The notes below the pieces were generated by a model that searched no databases, was not told where the DNA came from, and saw only the letters and a list, made by a program, of their open reading frames with translations. The position numbers were made by a program, and so were the translations under genes. Source: a virus (Duplodnaviria > Caudoviricetes). From it: 31,296 nt of DNA. Of the stretch, positions 26,301 to 31,296 are shown one piece after another. Numbering within the stretch: the first letter of the stretch is position 1; every line of letters starts with the position of its first letter. The DNA is taken from the IMG/VR virus record IMGVR_UViG_3300044448_000268, positions 1 to 31,296 of that record. One strand, written 5' to 3'.

Positions 26301-27146
26301 GGCCATAACATCTGTGACACGTGTTGCCTCACTCGCGTCCATGTTGAATGCCTTTAATGTTATACCCACCTGCTCTGCGGTTTGTCCCAAATCATTTCCA
26401 AATGCATATGCCAAATCTAATGTTGATGACGTCATTTCCTGTATTTCGTCAGATTTAAAACCTAATTTGGACAAATTAACTTGCAACCCTGCAACCTGTC
26501 CTGCGGTAAATGCTGTTGATGACCCTAATTCTTTTGCTTGGTCGCTTAACTCTTTCATTTGTGTGGCTGTTGCACCCGATAAAACACCAACCTGTTTAAT
26601 TTGAAATTCAAATTCACTAAACGCACCAATTGCACGTTCCATTGTTTTAAATGCCATCACGGCTGCACCTAATTTAACCGCCATCCCTGATAATGCTGCA
26701 CCATAATTCCCAACATTTCTTTGTTGACGTCCCATTGCTTTGTCCATCTTTTTTAAACTTTCGGTGTTTTTATTCATTTCTGCGGAAATCTTTTGAAACT
26801 CCTTTTTGTTTTTTCCTAATGGGTCGGCCAATTTTCTCAATTGAACAGATAATGCGGCATTCTTTTTTGTTAAATCATTGTAACTTTTGCCACTTGCATT
26901 CATGGCTGCGTTCATTTTAATTGTTTCCTGTTTGCTTTTGTTCAACTCGGAACGCATTGCTTTTAATTTTGTTTCGGTTTCAACAATTGATTTACTGTAT
27001 TTGGCACTGTCTTTTCCTGCGGTTTTTTGTTCGTCTTTTAAGGTTTTTAATTCCTTTTGTGTTGCGTCAATTTCAGTTTTTAATGCAACCATGTCTGACG
27101 TGCCGTCAACTTTTATTTTTAAAATTGTTTCTAAATTTGTTGCCAT
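23364..27146 (-). CDS. Tail tape measure protein
   Basis: 1260 aa, helical; AKELGSSTAFTAGQVA...LSKLGF TP901-type core, hydrophobic segments, FADGG C-terminal motifs. Confidence 0.92.
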   Translation of the reverse strand: MATNLETILKIKVDGTSDMVALKTEIDATQKELKTLKDEQKTAGKDSAKYSKSIVETETKLKAMRSELNKSKQETIKMNAAMNASGKSYNDLTKKNAALSVQLRKLADPLGKNKKEFQKISAEMNKNTESLKKMDKAMGRQQRNVGNYGAALSGMAVKLGAAVMAFKTMERAIGAFSEFEFQIKQVGVLSGATATQMKELSDQAKELGSSTAFTAGQVAGLQVNLSKLGFKSDEIQEMTSSTLDLAYAFGNDLGQTAEQVGITLKAFNMDASEATRVTDVMAAAFSNTMLDLEKFGVAMPKVASIAKTMGFSFEDTTTILGTLANTGMEASTSATALKNIFLKLADPTGALAKSLGRNITSVDELVPALKELEAKGIDVAGMLEITDKRSVAAFATMLSGSDDIKVLNQTLKNSEGTTKKFADVMRDSLKGRIDEVKSSAEGLVIELVEGLEPAISLLLEGVTVLFNVLKALSPVILTATAAFVGYKTVIIAGTAQTWLATKATTAYNTVNKLFTTGTKGATIAQRAFNLAVKANPIGLLVSGIAAAVALWSTFSSDAEDSAEAIKEVNTQREAFGKINMDAEKQQVNEIANVKQLISVIGNENKSREERTKAIKDLNAITPVTITNLNDEKKLAKELERAYEDAVGAIKKKIILQASEAQVAELIKEELRLQDELLASKVEEAKMRLKLKGITNEVTKEGIILGKVMNENTGLMEENANAFEFLEDEMGSMVRGYQWSADKYDEATNDHNDAINTVNGNLGTQSVLTGQITELQGQQTEIMKKANETIERMGLNLEENTRKKKDDRDAYTKLKDEVSKYEQQLRNAIATGKDTTAINEKLKTAKKNLADVDNKVTKQLADNDKKLQNNNAGIIEKIAKQEKTIELEKQELKNIEKLQKAGADLAKEQIQQALDVAEAQLQLYLMQINMSNESAETQAANINRVKNEIAGLNNKLATLNEENSETAPAGFMNRALFGTGGEDAEGTAFTGADFVNALSNTIGMAMDIMAGFNALQNEQTNAQLQTMTEAKTKEVEEFKKTTEYKMMSSEDQAKAIEAIEKKHDDKMLALKIEQFEKNKKFQRSQAIMAGAMAIMQIWSSTATGNAIADAIIKSILTAGMIAMTGVQIATINAAPPPTAEFGGIEGETFADGGMVHGRSHAQGGEKFKVGGRVVELEGGEAVINKRSTAMFRPQLSAMNEAGGGKKFADGGMTFATDILQDQSLAMANALTSQEQQQVVLVEADVTDSQQSVQNIEAQATF

Positions 27147-27150
27147 AATT

Positions 27151-30100
27151 TTATCTGCTTTTTAATACTTTTCTAATACTGATGTTTGGTGTCCACATTC
27201 CACTGTCAACCTCACTATAAACCTCATAATAATTTCCACTTGCGTCCTGTGCCATGATAACTCCGCCACCACCCTCCAAAACATTTCCATCCCTGTCAAT
27301 TGCTAATGCGGGGTTTTTCTGTCCTGACAAAATTTGAATTGGGTTTGAATTTGTTGCTGACCCTGCACCCTTACCAATGTAAATAACATTTGATTTTAAG
27401 TTTCTCAAATTTTTTCCAATTGCAACCTGTCCTGAACCAAAAACAACATTGTTGTTAAAACCAACGTTTGTGCCTTTTTGCGTTTTGCTAGTTAAAATGG
27501 TTGCGGGTTTGTTCCATCCTTTTATTTTGTAACCCTCGCCCTGTGCTGCGGGGTCTGTTGGCGTATAACCTCCCGTGTCATGTGACATGTTGTTATTTAA
27601 CCCCCGTGATAATGGGTTAACAATTGGGTTGTTCACTTTTGTAAAACGTGAATTTCCTGCAACACCTAAACGTCCCATGTTATTTTCCAACAACCTATTA
27701 TTTCCAAATAAAAAATCTTTTGTTTGTTGTCCATTTACATTGTTAAATTTTATGTATTTGGCTGACAAAATTCGTTTTTCAGGTAACGCGGGAATGTATT
27801 GATATAATTCCACTTTTGTCAATTCATTTTTGTTTGGTTTGTAATCCGCAATTTTATTGATAATCCAATAACTGTTTGCCTCTGTCACACCTGTGTCCAA
27901 ATAAATTAATTTTCTTAAATCTAAATTTGCAATGTCATCAATGTTCAATTTAAAATATGCGGTTTTTAATCTTGGACGTTGAATTAATGTTTCAATGTTA
28001 CGTTCATAAAAACATGTGTATAATCCCTGACATTTATCGTAAACTAATGGCACGGGTTGTGGTTCTTGATTTGTTGTTTCCAAATCATTGTATGGTAACG
28101 TTGGATAAAACGTGTTTCCCTGTAAATTAATTGAACCCATAAATTGCCAATCCATGTCATGATGTGTTAATGCTAATGGATATGTTCGTTTTTCCAATGG
28201 TGAATGTGCGGGGTTATCTTTTGCAAATCTCATAATAAATTGTGATGTTGCACCTGTGTCCAAATTCAATGGTGTTTCTCCCGCCCAATATAAAATTCTA
28301 GCACCAAAATCCTCAATCTTATCAGGATAAGCATTCGGGTCTGTGTTTGTCCAAATCAATGTGTATTCACTATGAATAACGGGAATGTATGGTGACCACT
28401 GTTGGTTGTTACCAATCACACTGTCCCTGAACATATATGTTGGACAATAAAAGTTTGTTCCCAACTTACTTTCTTTGTCTTTGTATAACTCACCCAAATC
28501 CATAACATAACTGTCCAATTCACATATTTGGTTGTTTAAAATATTACGTTCCGCAACAAAACCATCTGACCCATCATTTTCATATGTAAAACACAAATCT
28601 CTGTTCAACACATCATAAATAAATTTGTCATGTTGTTTTTTGTCAACAGAAATTTTATCACTCCAATTAATTGCCTCTGACCTTTGTTTAAAAAATTGGT
28701 CACGTGGTTCAACTGAAATTGTTTTGTTAATCTCATCACATTGCCAATACAAATTGAACAACCCCGTCAAACCATTTACAAAATCCAACTGTGTTGTTTC
28801 ACACGGCAACAATGTTGTAACGTTTGTCCCTGTCTGACCTGACGAACCTGATGTTGTTAAACCACCACCAAATGTCCCGCCATTTATTCTGTATTTACAC
28901 TGACATGAACCAATACGGTTGATGTCATGAAACTCTAATTTTGATGTGTTACTAACAACCTCAACATAATACCAAAATCTGTCATCTGTGTCTGTCACAT
29001 CAACCAAAACACCCTGTGCGGACAATGTAACAACGTGGTTTCCCTGCAATGGCCATAAATTTGCATTCCAACCATTCATGGATGAATTACTGTTCCACAC
29101 TGCATTTTGGTCTAAAAAAATTGCCTCTGTATATTTTTGTGACGCATGTTCATGCATTAACCATAATCTGTGCAAATAATAATCACACATTGCCTCCTCA
29201 CCTGTGTAACTATCAATGAAACCATACCCATTCCGATAACCATAAAAACCACCCTCTGTGAATGAACTCCCTGAATTTGGACAATCATAAAAATACGGCT
29301 CATCATTAATAATGTAATCCGCCTCCATTTCTGTTTCAATCTCAATATTAAATGTGTAACTGTCTGCAACACTAGGTTGAAAAACTGCAACGTCTGAAAG
29401 TGTAACACCTGCATGTGTTGGTGGTGGGTTAAAACAATCAATTGCGGGTGCGGCTGTTAAGTATTCCCACATGCAATCCCATTCATAACCTGCAATAACA
29501 TAATTAATATTTCCATTTGTCAACGTGTCATAACACAATGATGGGTCGTATGGTGGCAATGTCCCAATACCACTTTGCCAAAATTTCCAATACCATCCTG
29601 CAATTGTTTTTGTTCCAAATGTTGACACATCAAACCCGCCAAATGTTCCATGAAAATTCCACATCTGTGCATTGTTTGCGGGGTTCCCTGCACTTCTAGG
29701 TTGCAATTGTTGGGACGTCCATTGGTTGTTGTTATTAAAGTTTGGTGCAACATATGAAATCATGTTATGTTTCAATGCACCGTGAAATCTTAATGTTGCT
29801 GCTAATGCGGGGTCACGATAATACAATGGAATTTTCCATTCTGACTGTCCAATGGTTCCATTCCAACTGTCATCCGCCGCAATAACCTCATCAATTTCCC
29901 ACGCGTCCTCTGCAACAGGAAAAACCGTCACCAACTTTTTAAACCAATCTGTGTCCATGAAATCTGAAACAACTGTATAACCCTGTCCTGCAAATATTTG
30001 AACAACTAAATTTTTAATAAACCATGTGGGTAACAAATCTGTGTAATCAACCATGTCACCATAATTCCATTTCCCTGTGTTAATTATGGGAAACGTAAAC

Positions 30101-30645
30101 CATAAACCATAACCCAATGATGTTGTATCATAACCGTCAATAACTTGCCACGTGTCCATCACATTGTCACGTGTATGTTCAAACAATGTTGAATGTTGTG
30201 GAAAATTCTCACCAACCTCCAAATCAATATCACATAATGGTTGTTTGTCCAATGCATTAACCCACGCAAAGTTTTCACCAAATACCACACAATCATAACT
30301 CTGAACCAATGGTGTTTTCATTTGTGTAACACCTTTGATTTTAAAACCACCCTGCATAATCAATTGACCCTCACAATAAATCTTTGCAATTTTTCCCTCA
30401 ATAATTTGAAAACTCTCATATGTTCCCTCAATAAATACTGATGACAACACTTTGCTGTTATTTGCTGTTGCGGGAATTTTAAACGTTTTTGAAAATGAAC
30501 CTTTTGATTTTGAAATGTCCATTATGTCTTTGATGTTGTATGTCAATGCAATTGGAAAATCTTTTGAACTCATCACATCCAAATGACCAATTTGTGTGTT
30601 TGTTTCTTTGTCCCAGATTTGAAATAAAATGTCCCCGTTTACCAT
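27151..30645 (-). CDS. Large tail-tip/hub or host-specificity protein
   Basis: 1164 aa; IALTYNIKDI...SFSKTFKIPAT N-terminus typical of tail-tip proteins, aromatic-rich central insertion. Confidence 0.7.
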   Translation of the reverse strand: MVNGDILFQIWDKETNTQIGHLDVMSSKDFPIALTYNIKDIMDISKSKGSFSKTFKIPATANNSKVLSSVFIEGTYESFQIIEGKIAKIYCEGQLIMQGGFKIKGVTQMKTPLVQSYDCVVFGENFAWVNALDKQPLCDIDLEVGENFPQHSTLFEHTRDNVMDTWQVIDGYDTTSLGYGLWFTFPIINTGKWNYGDMVDYTDLLPTWFIKNLVVQIFAGQGYTVVSDFMDTDWFKKLVTVFPVAEDAWEIDEVIAADDSWNGTIGQSEWKIPLYYRDPALAATLRFHGALKHNMISYVAPNFNNNNQWTSQQLQPRSAGNPANNAQMWNFHGTFGGFDVSTFGTKTIAGWYWKFWQSGIGTLPPYDPSLCYDTLTNGNINYVIAGYEWDCMWEYLTAAPAIDCFNPPPTHAGVTLSDVAVFQPSVADSYTFNIEIETEMEADYIINDEPYFYDCPNSGSSFTEGGFYGYRNGYGFIDSYTGEEAMCDYYLHRLWLMHEHASQKYTEAIFLDQNAVWNSNSSMNGWNANLWPLQGNHVVTLSAQGVLVDVTDTDDRFWYYVEVVSNTSKLEFHDINRIGSCQCKYRINGGTFGGGLTTSGSSGQTGTNVTTLLPCETTQLDFVNGLTGLFNLYWQCDEINKTISVEPRDQFFKQRSEAINWSDKISVDKKQHDKFIYDVLNRDLCFTYENDGSDGFVAERNILNNQICELDSYVMDLGELYKDKESKLGTNFYCPTYMFRDSVIGNNQQWSPYIPVIHSEYTLIWTNTDPNAYPDKIEDFGARILYWAGETPLNLDTGATSQFIMRFAKDNPAHSPLEKRTYPLALTHHDMDWQFMGSINLQGNTFYPTLPYNDLETTNQEPQPVPLVYDKCQGLYTCFYERNIETLIQRPRLKTAYFKLNIDDIANLDLRKLIYLDTGVTEANSYWIINKIADYKPNKNELTKVELYQYIPALPEKRILSAKYIKFNNVNGQQTKDFLFGNNRLLENNMGRLGVAGNSRFTKVNNPIVNPLSRGLNNNMSHDTGGYTPTDPAAQGEGYKIKGWNKPATILTSKTQKGTNVGFNNNVVFGSGQVAIGKNLRNLKSNVIYIGKGAGSATNSNPIQILSGQKNPALAIDRDGNVLEGGGGVIMAQDASGNYYEVYSEVDSGMWTPNISIRKVLKSR

Positions 30646-30657
30646 GTTGTTGTTTTT

Positions 30658-31168
30658 TTAATCTCTTAAATATTGGTTGTCTGACGCATATGAATACGTG
30701 AATTTTAATTTCACTGAATTGTCTTTTGTTGTGCTTATTTGAATTGATTTTGTGTTTATCACAATTGGGATGTATTCGTTACAAACCGCACTGTCACGCA
30801 TTCCATCAATAATGTCAAAATCCTGATATGCGGGTGCGTTCATTCCAATTAAATTTGTTTGTGTTGGCCACTGTCCTGCATGTATTCCTCTGTCCACTTC
30901 AACTCTGATGTATGTTTGTGGTGACGCCAACATTTTTGACAACCATTCTGCCTCCAAATTACTCATTTCATGTGTTGTTACTTTGTGCCTGTATTCAACC
31001 TCTGTCTGATAATTTTGTTTTCCTTTTGCTGATGACCCTAATGCGGTAACACGTTTTGCATAACGTGACGGTTTAAACTTTCGTTCTGTTTTTAACATAC
31101 CGTCTGACGTAAAGAAATCAAAACCACCCAATGCATTTTTCCATGCAAACCGTTGGTATGCTGCCATT
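30658..31168 (-). CDS. 3' part of the junction-spanning ~512-aa tail protein
   Basis: In frame with 1..1028; FAWKNALGGFDFF and WLSKMLASPQTY segments. Confidence 0.8.
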
Positions 31169-31294
31169 GGCCGTGCTTTCTTTGTGCAATTTCTATCAAT
31201 AGTAAACAACCATTTTACTGATGGTGTTTGAACAACGTTTGACGCGTCTGCAACTTCATTCCAAATAACATAATGGTGAACGTTTATGCCGTCA
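31169..31294. repeat. Terminal direct repeat, copy 2
   Basis: Identical to 1-126; 31295 (T) differs from 127 (A). Confidence 0.95.
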
Positions 31295-31296
31295 TC

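Noticed and set aside
118-30441. All + strand ORFs in the track (e.g. 24952..25692, 25984..26604, 23866..24420)
   Set aside because: They are antisense shadows of well-supported minus-strand genes. AG depletion removes TAG stops on the + strand and lengthens them; no motifs or promoters.
1-31296. Diversity-generating retroelement, intron/intein or alternative genetic code
   Set aside because: No reverse transcriptase, no TR/VR pair, core genes are uninterrupted and of normal length, and standard-code ORFs tile the genome.
31169-31296. Biological long terminal repeat
   Set aside because: It falls mid-gene and is about 127 nt, typical of assembler overlap; the mismatch at 31295 is most likely a contig-end error.

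Overview
The window is almost certainly a complete, circularly assembled genome of a small tailed phage with siphovirus-like tail genes. Bases 1-126 recur at 31169-31294, giving a circle of about 31,168 bp, and one ORF reads through the junction. All credible genes are on the minus strand. TAnnTTTG-type promoter boxes and A-rich, Shine-Dalgarno-less starts point to a Bacteroidota host (inference). Recognisable genes: TerS/TerL, portal, Clp-type protease/scaffold, major capsid, major tail, tail chaperones with a -1 slippery site, tape measure, two tail-tip proteins, a lysis cassette (amidase, holin-like proteins, unimolecular-spanin-like lipoprotein), a calcineurin-like phosphoesterase, Rad52/Sak-like annealing protein, SSB, replication initiator, VRR-NUC, HTH regulators and a divergent class II (CCA/poly(A)-polymerase-fold) nucleotidyltransferase. 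I see no integrase, polymerase, helicase, tRNA or CRISPR array. The most unusual signals are: (i) two matched early cassettes (near-identical promoter, 17-nt leader element, 'MEKT' first gene, conserved mismatched RNA hairpin); (ii) the nucleotidyltransferase with altered specificity motifs; (iii) strong strand-specific avoidance of CT on the coding strand; (iv) a scrambled morphogenesis gene order. All functional calls come from motif recognition by eye, with no database searches.
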